Notes: generated by a model not told the origin, from the letters alone. Numbered from the stretch's first letter, positions 48,961 to 59,700 are shown. The stretch is 64,000 nucleotides of DNA from Sphingopyxis sp. (GCA_040080745.1 JBEBHS010000001.1:69469-133468), one strand, 5' to 3'. A program made the numbers and translations.

Positions 48961-50928
48961 TTAACTATTTAATTTTGCGATAATTTGCTTTGAAATCTTA
49001 TCCGCCGTCAGCCCAAAATGTTCGTAGAGGTCGCTTGCCGGAGCCGACGCGCCAAAGCGGTTGATGCCAAAATTGAGGCCGCTGCGCCCGGTATAACGCT
49101 CCCAGCCCATCGTCACCCCGGCCTCAACCGAGACAATCAGCGCATCGTGCGGTAATATGTCGGCGCGATAGGTGGCGTCTTGCGCATCGAACAGCGCGGT
49201 GCACACCATCGACACCACGTCCGCGCCAATACCCTGCCCCGCCAGAACGTCCGCAACATCGCATGCCAGACTGACCTCGGATCCGGTGGCGACCAGCACC
49301 ACGCGGCGCGCCGCAACCGCACCGCGCATGCGATAGCCACCGCGCGCCGACCTCATGGTGGCATCGCTCCGCAGCGCGGGCAAGGTCTGCCGCGACAGCG
49401 CGAGCAGCGACGGGCCATCGGCACGGTCCAGCGCCAGCGCCCAGCATTCGGCGGTTTCAATCGCGTCGCACGGGCGGAAAACATGCAGGTCCGGCATCAT
49501 CCGCAACGACATCAGATGTTCGATCGGCTGGTGCGTCGGCCCGTCCTCGCCAAGCCCGATGCTGTCATGCGTCATGACGTAAATGACCCGCGCGCGCTGG
49601 ATCGCGGACAGGCGGATGGCGTTGCGGCAATAGTCCGAAAACACCAGGAACGTTCCGCCATAAGGGATGATGCCGCCGTGCAGCGCCATGCCGTTCATCG
49701 CAGCGGCCATGCCAAATTCGCGGATGCCATAATAGATATAGCGCCCGCCGTAATTGCCCGCCGAAAGCGGCGCGGTCGATGGCGTTTTGGTGTTGTTCGA
49801 TCCGGTCAGATCGGCCGAGCCGCCGACCAGCTCTGGCAGCGCGGCGGTCAGCACCTCGAGCGCCATCTCGCTCGCCTTGCGGCTGGCGACCGTCGGCGGA
49901 TTCGCCACCAAACCCGTGATATAGTTTTGCAACACGTCCGCCGCAGCCATCCCGTCGCCACGCATCCGCTGGGCAAACTCCGCCGAGCGTGGGTGCGCGG
50001 CCAGCCGCTCCTCCCACGCCTTGCGCGCCGCAGCCCCGCGCGCTCCCGCTGCGCGCCATGCGTCCGCAATCGGCGCGGGGATGAAGAACGGCGGCGCATC
50101 CCAGCCCAGCCCTTCGCGCACCGCCGCCGCCTCAACCGCGCCCAGCGGCGATCCGTGCGTCGCCGATGTGCCCTGTTTGGTCGGTGCACCCTTGCCAATG
50201 ATGGTGCGGCACGCGATCAGCGACGGGCGGTCATCGGCCATCGCCGCCTCTATCGCACGCGCGATGTCATCCATATCGTGGCCATCGCAGCTTATCGTAT
50301 GCCAGCCGGTCGCGCGGAACCGCGCGGGAATATCCTCGCTGGTCGACAGCGACGTCGCGCCGTCGATGGTGATGCGATTATCGTCCCACAGCACGACCAT
50401 CCGCCCCAGTTTGAGGTGTCCGGCGAGGCCAATCGCCTCGTGGTTGACGCCCTCCATCAAACAGCCGTCGCCCGCGATCACCCAGGTGCGGTGATCGACC
50501 AACGCATCGCCAAACTCCGCATTCAAATGCCGTTCGGCGATAGCCATGCCGACCGCCATCGCCAGCCCCTGCCCCAAAGGCCCGGTGGTGCATTCGACGC
50601 CGTCAAGCTCGGTATTTTCGGGGTGGCCCGCGCACGGGCTGTGCAGTGCGCGAAAATGGCGGATGTCGTCGATCGTCGGGCGCGCATAGCCGCTGAGGTG
50701 GAGCAAGCCGTAGAGCAGCATCGAGCCGTGCCCGGCGGACAGGATAAAACGGTCGCGGTCCGCCCATTTCGGTGCGCTCGCGTCATATTTCAGATAGCGC
50801 GTGAACAGCGTGGTCGCCACATCCGCCATCCCCATCGGCATGCCCGGATGGCCGCTGTTGGCGGCCTCAACGGCGTCCATGGCCAAGATGCGCAAGGCAT
50901 TGGCGAGTGGGCGGGATTCAGCAGGCAT
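48961..50928 (-). CDS. tkt: transketolase
   Basis: 655-aa ORF with [17 protein letters not shown] and [16 protein letters not shown] motifs. Confidence 0.97.
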   Translation of the reverse strand: MPAESRPLANALRILAMDAVEAANSGHPGMPMGMADVATTLFTRYLKYDASAPKWADRDRFILSAGHGSMLLYGLLHLSGYARPTIDDIRHFRALHSPCAGHPENTELDGVECTTGPLGQGLAMAVGMAIAERHLNAEFGDALVDHRTWVIAGDGCLMEGVNHEAIGLAGHLKLGRMVVLWDDNRITIDGATSLSTSEDIPARFRATGWHTISCDGHDMDDIARAIEAAMADDRPSLIACRTIIGKGAPTKQGTSATHGSPLGAVEAAAVREGLGWDAPPFFIPAPIADAWRAAGARGAAARKAWEERLAAHPRSAEFAQRMRGDGMAAADVLQNYITGLVANPPTVASRKASEMALEVLTAALPELVGGSADLTGSNNTKTPSTAPLSAGNYGGRYIYYGIREFGMAAAMNGMALHGGIIPYGGTFLVFSDYCRNAIRLSAIQRARVIYVMTHDSIGLGEDGPTHQPIEHLMSLRMMPDLHVFRPCDAIETAECWALALDRADGPSLLALSRQTLPALRSDATMRSARGGYRMRGAVAARRVVLVATGSEVSLACDVADVLAGQGIGADVVSMVCTALFDAQDATYRADILPHDALIVSVEAGVTMGWERYTGRSGLNFGINRFGASAPASDLYEHFGLTADKISKQIIAKLNS

Positions 50929-51070
50929 CCAGGCATTCTCCGCGAGAGGGGCAGGCAGGCGATTCGGATGCCGCTCCTTTGCGCAGGCGCGACCACCCGC
51001 GTCAACCGCATGCGCGCCATCAGAGCTTTCTGATTTGCGATTTGGTGAAAAATATGTCTAATATGCCCGC

Positions 51071-51259
51071 ATGGGGAATATCACGACGTCTCTGCAACGA
51101 TTGGACGCGGCTATCGACAGGCTGGACACTGCGGTAGCGGGCATCCCCGCCAGGGCGCGGCCAACATCGCCAGCGCCGGGTTCGCAAGACAAATTGCGTG
51201 CCGAAGTTGCGGCAACCATTGCCGAGCTCGACCAGTTGATCGGACAGCATCGTGGCTGA
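51071..51259 (+). CDS. small coiled-coil protein upstream of zapA (DUF4164-like)
   Basis: 62-aa ORF, helical at both ends, overlapping the zapA start. The call is by position; weak. Confidence 0.45.
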   Translation: MGNITTSLQRLDAAIDRLDTAVAGIPARARPTSPAPGSQDKLRAEVAATIAELDQLIGQHRG

Positions 51260-51572
51260 GGTGATGCTCCACATCGGTGGCTATAATTATCAGGTTGCGT
51301 GCGGCGATGACGAGCTTGATGCGCTTGGCCGATTGGGCAATATCGTCAACCAGCAGATTGAATCAGCGCGGTTGATGGCAGGCGGATTGACCGAAGAGCG
51401 GCAATTGCTGTTCGCCGCGATATTGCTCGCGGACAAATTGGAAACGGCGCAAAACGGCGCTGCCCCTACCCCATCCCCCGCCGACTATGCTGAGGCCGCG
51501 CATATTGCGACGATCGACCGACTGACCGAGCGGATTGTGGCGGTGGCAGAGCGTTTAGAAGCGATTTCTTGA
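51252..51572 (+). CDS. zapA: cell division protein ZapA
   Basis: 106-aa ORF. IGGYNYQVACGDDELDAL resembles the ZapA N-terminal pattern. The start may be the ATG at 51264. Confidence 0.75.
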   Translation: MAEVMLHIGGYNYQVACGDDELDALGRLGNIVNQQIESARLMAGGLTEERQLLFAAILLADKLETAQNGAAPTPSPADYAEAAHIATIDRLTERIVAVAERLEAIS

Positions 51573-51589
51573 GCTTTGGCCACTTGAGA

Positions 51590-51752
51590 ATTGAGGCTCA
51601 GCGCCCTATCTTCGCCCTGACGGGTGCTGCATGGTGCGAGGCTATACGAATATCCCTGAGGCGATAAAAACATCCAAGGGGGCTGTCTCTATCAGGGTCT
51701 TGACCCGAAATATATGGTTCCCACCTGACGTAAAAGGCGTCAGAGGATTTTC
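51590..51752 (+). ncRNA. ssrS: candidate 6S RNA (ssrS)
   Basis: A 209-nt non-coding gap between zapA and the 5-formyl-THF cyclo-ligase gene, the conserved ssrS position. Hairpins ccctga...tcaggg (51654-51697) and cctgacg-taaaagg-cgtcagagg followed by atttt (51724-51751). Ends are approximate. Confidence 0.45.
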
Positions 51753-51781
51753 ACAGTCAACGGCTTACGCGGTCCCGTCAC

Positions 51782-52351
51782 ATGGCACATATGACTAGTG
51801 ATTTATCTCATATAAAGAGCGCTTTGCGGGCAAAAGCTCGCAGCAAACGTGAGCATTTTGTGGCGGCGCAAATGGGTCAGAAATGGTCCCCGGCGCGCGC
51901 GCATTTTGATGATATTTTCACAACAGGCGCAACCATCGCCAGCTATCGCGCGGTGGCAAGCGAGGCTAACCCCGCCGCAATCGACCGCGCGGCCAGCGCC
52001 GCAAACATGCGCATCAGCTACCCCCGAATCGATGGCGATGGGGTCATGCGCTTCTATGGGCTGGGGCCGGGCGGTGCGATGGACAAAGGGTACTATGGCA
52101 TTGATGTTCCAGATAAAAATGGCTGGCTGGCGTGCCCATCTGTCGTTTTGATTCCGTTGCTGGCGTTTGACAGGCGCGGCACGCGGCTCGGGCAAGGCGG
52201 CGGATATTATGACCGCGCTTTGGCGTCGCTGCCCAATGCTACGCGCATTGGCATTGCCTGGTCAGTTCAGGAGATGGCAGAATTGCCCATCGACCCGTGG
52301 GATGTTCCGTTGCATTATATCGCCACCGAAAAGGAGTGGATTAGGGTATGA
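51782..52351 (+). CDS. 5-formyltetrahydrofolate cyclo-ligase
   Basis: 189-aa ORF with LIPLLAFDRRGTRLGQGGGYYDR, the family signature. Confidence 0.88.
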   Translation: MAHMTSDLSHIKSALRAKARSKREHFVAAQMGQKWSPARAHFDDIFTTGATIASYRAVASEANPAAIDRAASAANMRISYPRIDGDGVMRFYGLGPGGAMDKGYYGIDVPDKNGWLACPSVVLIPLLAFDRRGTRLGQGGGYYDRALASLPNATRIGIAWSVQEMAELPIDPWDVPLHYIATEKEWIRV

Positions 52352-52587
52352 ATGGCCATCAGCCATCGTGGCGCAAACCTGCGGGTATGCTGATCATTCT
52401 ATGCTTCATAGCGTTTTGGGCGTGGCTGGTGGCAACGCTCATGGCGATGCTGGGCCCCCTGCCCACGGCGGCGAACATTGCCATCTATGCGATCGCGGGA
52501 ACCATCTGGATCGCGCCGCTCGGGCCGTTGCTGCGCTGGATGGAAAGCGGGCGGATGCGACCGCCCGGCGGCCCGAACCATGAATAA
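52348..52587 (+). CDS. small two-helix membrane protein (DUF2842-like)
   Basis: 79-aa ORF with two hydrophobic helices. Its start overlaps the upstream stop, and its own stop abuts the 3' end of tRNA-Asp on the opposite strand with no spacer. Confidence 0.55.
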   Translation: MNGHQPSWRKPAGMLIILCFIAFWAWLVATLMAMLGPLPTAANIAIYAIAGTIWIAPLGPLLRWMESGRMRPPGGPNHE

Positions 52588-52664
<77 letters not shown>

Positions 52665-52742
52665 ATAGATGATTTCCCCTTCCCCTAACGGAGCCGCTAG
52701 CGGAATGTGGAGCAGGGCCGATATGGGCAAGCCTTGCGCAAG

Positions 52743-53870
52743 TCAACCTTGTGTTGCACTCGTGGCGGAATATTTCACATCATCGTGCTGATCATCTCCA
52801 TGATCGTGGCTGCGCACCGATTGAATGACGGTTTGAATGATGATGAGCAAGGGCACCGCCAAAAAGGCACCGGGTGCCCCCCATATCCAGCCCCACAGAC
52901 TGAGCGACACAAGGATCAGCAGCGGGTTGATGGTCAGCCTGCGCCCCAGGACCAATGGCGTAATGAAATTGGCTTCGACCAGATGCAGCGCGATTTGAAT
53001 CGATGCTGGAAGAAGCGCCAGCGCTACGCTGTCAAAGCTCATCAGCCCGCCCATCGCCAGCAATAGCGCGGCAATAATCGGCCCGACATAGGGCACGAAA
53101 TTGCACAGTGCGACGATGCCGCCCCACATCAACGGCGATGGCATCCCCAAAATCCACAGGAAAAATGCGACCGCCAGCCCCAGCATGACGTTGATGAAGA
53201 CGATGGTCGTCATATAGGCCGAGGTCGCTTCGACCACGCTGCGAATGGTCCGCGATGTCTGGAGCGCGCTGTCATAGCTGGTGCGGCTGCGGATGGTTGA
53301 TCGGCGCAGCCGCGTCCACCCCGACAGGAAGAAAAAGATGAACAATATGGCAAAAAAGGTCTGGATAGCCGCGGCGGGCGCGCTGCCCGTCAGATAACCG
53401 AGCACAGAACGCGGCGTTTCAATGGCCACGGCCTGCGCCTGTGCGGCGGTATTGGTCGCAAAACCCTGAAGCGCGTCATCGACAAACCGCTGGAGCGAGG
53501 CGTAAAAATCGATCAGCGGGGCGAGATTTTCGCGGATACGCGGCAATCGTTCGGGCAGGCGGATGAACCAGTCGCTCGCGGGAAAGACGATCAGCGCCAG
53601 CGCGCCGTTGATCAACAGGACAAAGCCGATCACGCACAAAAGCGCGGCGAAAATCGACGGTAATCCGCGCCGTTCCAGCCATTCAAGCGCCGGGACCAAT
53701 ATGATAGCGATGACCAGTGCGGCGGTCAGCGGCAGGAAGAACTCGGCCCCGGCAATCAACGCGAACGGCATGCCCATGACGAGCGCGGTGAGCAAGATGT
53801 AAACGATCAGGCGCAACGGATCGCTGCCGAAAACGGGGCGAAATGGCTGGGGAGGCGGGTCGCTATCCAT
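52743..53870 (-). CDS. AI-2E family (PerM-like) transporter
   Basis: Polytopic membrane protein with CNFVPYVGPII, typical of the family. Start taken at the internal Met (MDSDPPP). Confidence 0.8.
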   Translation of the reverse strand: MDSDPPPQPFRPVFGSDPLRLIVYILLTALVMGMPFALIAGAEFFLPLTAALVIAIILVPALEWLERRGLPSIFAALLCVIGFVLLINGALALIVFPASDWFIRLPERLPRIRENLAPLIDFYASLQRFVDDALQGFATNTAAQAQAVAIETPRSVLGYLTGSAPAAAIQTFFAILFIFFFLSGWTRLRRSTIRSRTSYDSALQTSRTIRSVVEATSAYMTTIVFINVMLGLAVAFFLWILGMPSPLMWGGIVALCNFVPYVGPIIAALLLAMGGLMSFDSVALALLPASIQIALHLVEANFITPLVLGRRLTINPLLILVSLSLWGWIWGAPGAFLAVPLLIIIQTVIQSVRSHDHGDDQHDDVKYSATSATQG

Positions 53871-54036
53871 CCTGCGCTTATGGCAGGCGAAAATCACCGC
53901 GTCACTAGGGCAGTGGACAAAGTCGATGCCGACGCGGGTCGGTTTGACGTCACGACTGCGCAAAATTGGCCGCTTTAACGGTTTCTTTGCCATTTTCCGT
54001 CACAAGGACCGGGTAATTTTAGTGGCAAGGATCCCA

Positions 54037-55044
54037 ATGTCCAACGCAACGGCATATCCGCGCCTTGGCGCGCAACAATTTTATATCTACAGATCAGCCG
54101 TTTGTGCTGGATTGGCGCTGTTGGTTCCGCACACGGCCATGGCCGCGGGAACGCGCGCGGGCACGCTGATCGACAATGTCGCGTCCGCCACTTACGACCC
54201 GGGCAGCGGTCCGGTGACCGTCAATTCCAACACCCACAGCCTGAAAGTCGATGAGTTGATCGACACGACGGTGGCGTGGAGCGACAGCGCCGATGTGGTG
54301 ACAACGCCGGGCGCGACGTCGCAGGTGTTGAAATATCAGGTCACCAACACCGGCAACGGCGTCGAAACATTCGGCCTGTCGACCGTCGCCAATATCGGCG
54401 GCGATCAATATGACCCGACCGTCACCTCGATCGTGATCGACGATGGCGACGGCGTTTACGAACCGGGCATCGACACCGTCTATGTCGCGGGTGCGGGCGA
54501 TCTGGTGCTCAATCCGGACCAAAGCATCACCGTCTTTGTGGTTTCAACAACGCCTGGCAGCGTGGTTGATGGCGATCGCGGCGGCGTGCGGCTTGTTTCG
54601 ACCTCGAAAACCGGCATCGGAGCGCCCGGAACCAGCTTTGCCGGTGCGGGTGAAGGCGGCGGCAATGCCGTGCTTGGCATCACCGGCGGTGACGGCGAGA
54701 ATGACGGATTCTATCTCGTTTCCTCAGCCACGGTCGTGCTCAACAAATCGGCCAAAGTCATCGACCCGTTTGGCGGAACAACATCGGTTCCAGGGTCGCG
54801 CATCACCTACACCATTGTCGCGACAACGACCGGAACGGGCAGTCTGCCCGGCCTCGGCATCAGCGACGCGGTGCCAGCAGGGACGACCTATGTCCCCGGC
54901 TCGATCACGCTGGGCGGAACCGCGCAAAGCGATGTCGCAGACGCTGATGCGGGCAGTTTTGCCAGCAATATCGTTGCGGTCGCGCTCGGCACCGTTGCCG
55001 GCGGGCAGACCCGCACCGTCACCTTTCAAGTCACGATTAATTGA
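54037..55044 (+). CDS. secreted DUF11 / conserved-repeat-domain protein A
   Basis: Start at MSNATAY. Leader ends LLVPHTAMA. C-terminal DUF11-like module VPGSRITYTIVATTTGTGSLPGLGISDAVPAGTTYVPGSITLGG...RTVTFQVTIN. Paralogous to protein C. Confidence 0.75.
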   Translation: MSNATAYPRLGAQQFYIYRSAVCAGLALLVPHTAMAAGTRAGTLIDNVASATYDPGSGPVTVNSNTHSLKVDELIDTTVAWSDSADVVTTPGATSQVLKYQVTNTGNGVETFGLSTVANIGGDQYDPTVTSIVIDDGDGVYEPGIDTVYVAGAGDLVLNPDQSITVFVVSTTPGSVVDGDRGGVRLVSTSKTGIGAPGTSFAGAGEGGGNAVLGITGGDGENDGFYLVSSATVVLNKSAKVIDPFGGTTSVPGSRITYTIVATTTGTGSLPGLGISDAVPAGTTYVPGSITLGGTAQSDVADADAGSFASNIVAVALGTVAGGQTRTVTFQVTIN

Positions 55045-55055
55045 GGAACATCAAG

Positions 55056-55529
55056 ATGATCCGTAAGCTTGCCCCCCTATTTGCCGCGCTGATGATCGCC
55101 AGCCCTGCCTTGGCGCAAAACGCCAATGCCGTTTCACTGAGCAGTGATGTCATGGTCGAACGGACCGTGACCGGTACCGATGGCCGTTCATCGGTGACGC
55201 TCGAGGAACCGCGCGTTGTGGTTCCGGGCGACCATCTGGTGTTCGTGCTGCGCTATCGCAATAATGGCGCGCAGCCAGCCGGCGCGTTCGTCGTGACCAA
55301 CCCCCTGCCCGCAGCCGTCGCTTTCCAAGGCACCGCTGACGCATCGGCCAGTGTTTCGGTCGATGGCGGGCGCAATTGGGGCGCGCTCAGCACTCTTGAA
55401 ATCAGCAATGCGGACGGAACCAAACGCCCGGCGCGCAGCGAAGATGTCACGCACATCCGCTGGGCATTCGCTGAAGCCATTCCGGCGGGTCAAGCCGGTC
55501 GATTGATGTTCCGTGGCATCGTTCGATAA
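55056..55529 (+). CDS. small secreted single-DUF11-domain protein B
   Basis: ATG at 55056 preceded by gagga. Leader MIRKLAPLFAALMIASPALA. VPGDHLVFVLRYRNNGAQPAGAFVVTNPLPAAVAF matches the DUF11 pattern. Confidence 0.75.
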   Translation: MIRKLAPLFAALMIASPALAQNANAVSLSSDVMVERTVTGTDGRSSVTLEEPRVVVPGDHLVFVLRYRNNGAQPAGAFVVTNPLPAAVAFQGTADASASVSVDGGRNWGALSTLEISNADGTKRPARSEDVTHIRWAFAEAIPAGQAGRLMFRGIVR

Positions 55530-55600
55530 CCTCCCTCGCGGAAACCGCATCGTTGCCAGCGGACTTCGGCAACAAACACAACGCCCTAAGGAGCACAGCA

Positions 55601-56659
55601 ATGACCAGTAAGCTGTATCATCTTGGGTCTTGCAGCGTCGTTGCGCTCGCCATTGTCGGTTCTGTACCGGCGATGGCTGGCGGCACGTTGGCCGGATCCA
55701 CCATAACCAATAACGCATCGGTGACCTATCAGGTCGGCGGTGTGGCGCAAACTCCGCCTCCGCCCGCAGTCAATGTGTTCACGGTTGACCGCAAGGTCAA
55801 TCTGACCGTGGCCGAAAGCGGCGCGGCGACCACCACTGTTGTCCCCGGCCAAAGCGGCGCTGTGACGACATTCACCTTGCAGAACACATCGAACGCGGTG
55901 CTCGATTTTGCCTTGTCAGCGACACAATCGGCTGGCGGCGTATCGGCACACGGCGGCACCGACAGTTTCGACGTGACCGGCGTTGCCATCTATCGCGATG
56001 CCAATGCCAACGGCACCTATGAAGCCGGCACCGACGTGCTTGTGACTTATATCGACGAGCTTGGCATCGACGCGAGCGTTACCCTGTTTGTCGTCGCCAA
56101 CGTGCCAGCCAGTCTGGCAACAGGCGCAGTTGCCGAAGTCAATCTAGTGGCCACGGGTCGCGAAGGCGGCGCCGCCGGTTCGCAAGGCGCAGCGCTGACC
56201 GAAACCGCTGGTGCCAACACCGCCGGTATGGACACGGTGTTTGCCGATGCGGCGGGCGTAACTGACGCGGCGCGCGATGCTTCGCACAGCGACGATGACG
56301 ATTACACCGTCGCCACCGCGACATTGACGCTGTCGAAAACCGCAACCGTCATCAGCGATCCGGTCAATGGCACTACCAACCCGAAAATGATTCCGGGTGC
56401 GGTGGTCGAATATTGCATCGCGGTTGCCAATGCGGCGGGCGGTGCTTCGGCAACGTCGGTGGCGGTCAGCGACGTTCTGCCTGGTCAAGTCACGTTCAAC
56501 GCCGGTTCGATCCTGCTCAACGGCACGGTCACGGGCGTTACCTGTAACGCCGATGGCGTTGCTGGCGGCGCGTTCGGTGCCGGAACGGTCACGGGCACCA
56601 TCGCCACGATAACGGCGGGCGACACACGCACGCTCGTTTTCCGCGCGACTGTGAACTGA
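55601..56659 (+). CDS. secreted DUF11 / conserved-repeat-domain protein C
   Basis: ATG at 55601 preceded by aaggag. Leader ends GSVPAMA. C-terminal module IPGAVVEYCIAVANAAGGASATSVAVSDVLPGQVTFNAGSILLNG...RTLVFRATVN. Confidence 0.75.
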   Translation: MTSKLYHLGSCSVVALAIVGSVPAMAGGTLAGSTITNNASVTYQVGGVAQTPPPPAVNVFTVDRKVNLTVAESGAATTTVVPGQSGAVTTFTLQNTSNAVLDFALSATQSAGGVSAHGGTDSFDVTGVAIYRDANANGTYEAGTDVLVTYIDELGIDASVTLFVVANVPASLATGAVAEVNLVATGREGGAAGSQGAALTETAGANTAGMDTVFADAAGVTDAARDASHSDDDDYTVATATLTLSKTATVISDPVNGTTNPKMIPGAVVEYCIAVANAAGGASATSVAVSDVLPGQVTFNAGSILLNGTVTGVTCNADGVAGGAFGAGTVTGTIATITAGDTRTLVFRATVN

Positions 56660-56667
56660 TTGAGGCT

Positions 56668-56710
56668 GCGATGGGCGGCGTGTCGTTTCTATGCGGCCGC
56701 CGCCCATCGC
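56668..56710 (+). terminator. strong hairpin (13-bp GC-rich stem) just after the protein C gene; possible intra-operon attenuator
   Basis: gcgatgggcggcg-(17 nt)-cgccgcccatcgc, starting 9 nt after the stop at 56659. No clear U-tract follows. Confidence 0.45.
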
Positions 56711-56735
56711 GCTTTCGCAAGTATTTGCGTTAACC

Positions 56736-59700
56736 ATGTTCACCTGGAACAAAACCCTGATTTCCATCGCAGCCAGCGCTGTTGCGGCCTTTGTGCCCAG
56801 CAGCGCGGTGGCGCGTATAATCAGCAATGTGGCGCAGGCGAATTGGGATAGTGTGTCGGGGCAACGCTCCGTCCGTTCAAATCAGGTCGATATCGCCGTT
56901 GATAGCGTTCCGACGCCCATCCAGACGATGATTTACGCCATAAATCCGCCGGGCTCCGGCCAACAAAGCCAGATTAACAGCAGCGGATGCCATGGATCAG
57001 GACAAGGCAGCGCCGGCGTGTTTGAACCACCGCCGACAAGCTCTGGCGGAGCCGTTTCGCTCACCCCTGCGAATGAGTTTGCCGCCGGACAACCGGTGGC
57101 TTTTGGTATTACGTCGGCCGCCGATAATCTGAGCGCGACCACCCGCGACACGATCGAGGTCACCATCCGCACCGCATTGGGCGATGAAGAACAGCTAACC
57201 CTGACCGAAGATGCTGAAAATAGCGGGTTTTTTGTCGGGTATTTGCCAACGGTGCGGATGCCGCCGGCCTTGGTGCAGCGCGATTGCCGATTATCGGTTG
57301 CGCCGGGCAGCCCGGTCCGCCTCTCGCTCTATCGCCAGGGGGCGCCAGACCCGCTCGCCAGCGCCACGGTCAGTTTCCTCGTCGATCCGTTCGGTATCGT
57401 GTTTGATAGCGGCGACGGCGCGCCGGTCGCGGGCGCGCGCGTGACGCTCATCAACGATGCGACGGGCCAACCCGCGCAGGTTTTTGGCGATGATGGGGTG
57501 TCCTCCTATCCCAGCACCATCGTTACCGGCTCGACCGTCACCGATTCTGGGGGGCAAAGCTATGTTTTCCCCGCAGGGGACTATCGTTTTCCGTTTGTCG
57601 CACCTGGCACCTATCGCTTGGTGGTGCAGCCACCCGATCCCTATAGCTGGCCATCCACCGCGAGCATCACCGATCTGGCCGCGTTTCGCAGGCCCGACAA
57701 TGGTGCACCCTATACGCTCGGCACGTTCAGCTATGGCGCAGCGTTTCAGCTGTTTACGCCAGCTCCGGTGCGCGTCGACATCCCCATTGACCGCCCCAAC
57801 GCGGCGCTGAGTGTTATCAAGAGCGCCAGCACGGCAGAGGCGGTGCCGGGCCAAGCGGTGCAATACCGCATCGAGATCCGCAACGGCGACGCACGGAGGA
57901 CGACGGGCGCGATCACGCTGACCGACGACCTGCCGCATGTTGTTCATTTACGCATAAATACAATACGTTATAATGGAAACCTCATAACTCCTATCATTGC
58001 GCCGGATGGCCGCCGCTTTACCGTCACCCTGCCAGCGCTCGCGCCTGCGACCAGCGGTATTTTGACCTATCTAGCCGACATTCGCCCCGATTCAGCACCT
58101 GGAGACGCCATAAATCTGGCGGTTGCCCGCGATAATCGCGGCTCGGTGTCAAACACCGGCGAGGCCAATATCCGCATCCACCGCGATACATTGGGCGACC
58201 GGATGACCATCATCGGCCGCCTGACCAATGGCGGCTGCGCAGCCAATCCCGACACCGCCAACGGCATCGGTGGTGTGCGCGTGATGATGCAGGACGGCAG
58301 CTTTGCGATCACCGACAGCGACGGGCGCTACCATTTCGAGGGGGTTCGCCCCGGCACGCATGTGGTGCAGATCGACCCGTCATCGCTCCCCCCCGCACAT
58401 GTTGCGCTCGATTGCGCACGCAATTCGCGCAGTGCCGACAGCGCGATTTCACGCTTTGTCGATGGCAGGGGCGGCGAGCTGCGCCGCGCCGATTTCCACG
58501 CCGCGCCGGTCACGTCGGAAGAAGTGCCCGCCGACGCCGCGCCCGAAACCATCGCGCGCACCGCCGCGCCTGCCCACCCAGCCGTGGCCGAAGATGTCGC
58601 GGCTTCGGGCGGCTCGACAGACTTTTTCGCCGGACAAAGCGCTGGTATCGACTGGCTGTTCCCTGCCCCAGAGCATAACCCGCGCAACCCATCGACCCGC
58701 ATCGCGATCAAGTTGCTCGCCGGACAATCGGTGCAGCTCAGCCTCGATGGCAATCCAGTCAATCCGCTCAATTTTGACGGGTCGGAAACCTCCGCCGATG
58801 GCACATTCAAAATCAGTGTGTGGCGCGGGGTCGAACTGCACGAAGGCGACAACCGCTTTACCGCGCAGGTGACCAACGCCGATGGCAGCGTTGCCGCAAC
58901 GCTGGACCGCACCGTCCACCTTTCGGGTGGGCCGCTGTCGGTAACGATGGTGCCGAGCCTGTCGCTACCCATAGCCGATGGCCTCAACCGCCCGGTGATC
59001 GCGGTGCGCTTGACCGACCGCAATGGTCACCCGATCCGTCAGGGTGTGGTTGGTGATTTTGCGGTCGAACCGCCGCACCGTGCTGCGCTCGACATTGATA
59101 CCGAACAGGATCGACAATTGTCGGGGCTTGACCGTGGCCGCACCACCTGGCGGGTCGAGGGCGACGACGGCATCGCTTATATCGAGCTGCAACCGACTAC
59201 CGCATCGGGCACCGCACGGCTGAGCTTCACCTTTCGCGACGATGAAGTGGTGCGCAACCAGCAGCTTGACGTCTGGCTCAACCCCGGGAACCGCCCGTGG
59301 ACCGTGGTTGGCTTTGCCGCTGGAACGGTGGGATACAACACGCTCGATGATCGGATGGAACCGGTGGCTGAAACGCTGGACAGCGAAAATGTCGACGGCC
59401 GCATCGCGCTTTATGCCAAGGGGCGGATCAGCGGCCAGTGGCTGATGACGCTGGCCTATGACAGCGACCATGAGGAGGATGAGGCACGCTTTGGCGGGGT
59501 GATCGACCCGCGCGCTTACTACACCATCTATGCCGACCGCGCCGACCATGGTTTTGATGCCGCATCGGTGCGCGGCCTCTATCTGCGACTCGAACGCCCG
59601 CAATTTTACGCGCTGTTCGGTGATTTCGAGACCGGTATCAACGAGCCCGAACTGGCGCGCTATCAACGTGCGATGAACGGGGCCAAAGCCGAATATCGCG

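Noticed and set aside
49180-51033. 617-aa ORF on the plus strand
   Set aside because: It lies entirely antisense to the well-supported transketolase gene. Its Arg/Ala/Gly/His-rich low-complexity translation is typical of shadow frames in GC-rich DNA, and no motif is recognisable.
55041-55055. TTG start for DUF11 protein B overlapping the protein A stop
   Set aside because: The ATG at 55056 has a gagga Shine-Dalgarno sequence at appropriate spacing and yields a canonical signal peptide. The TTG extension adds only MRNIK.
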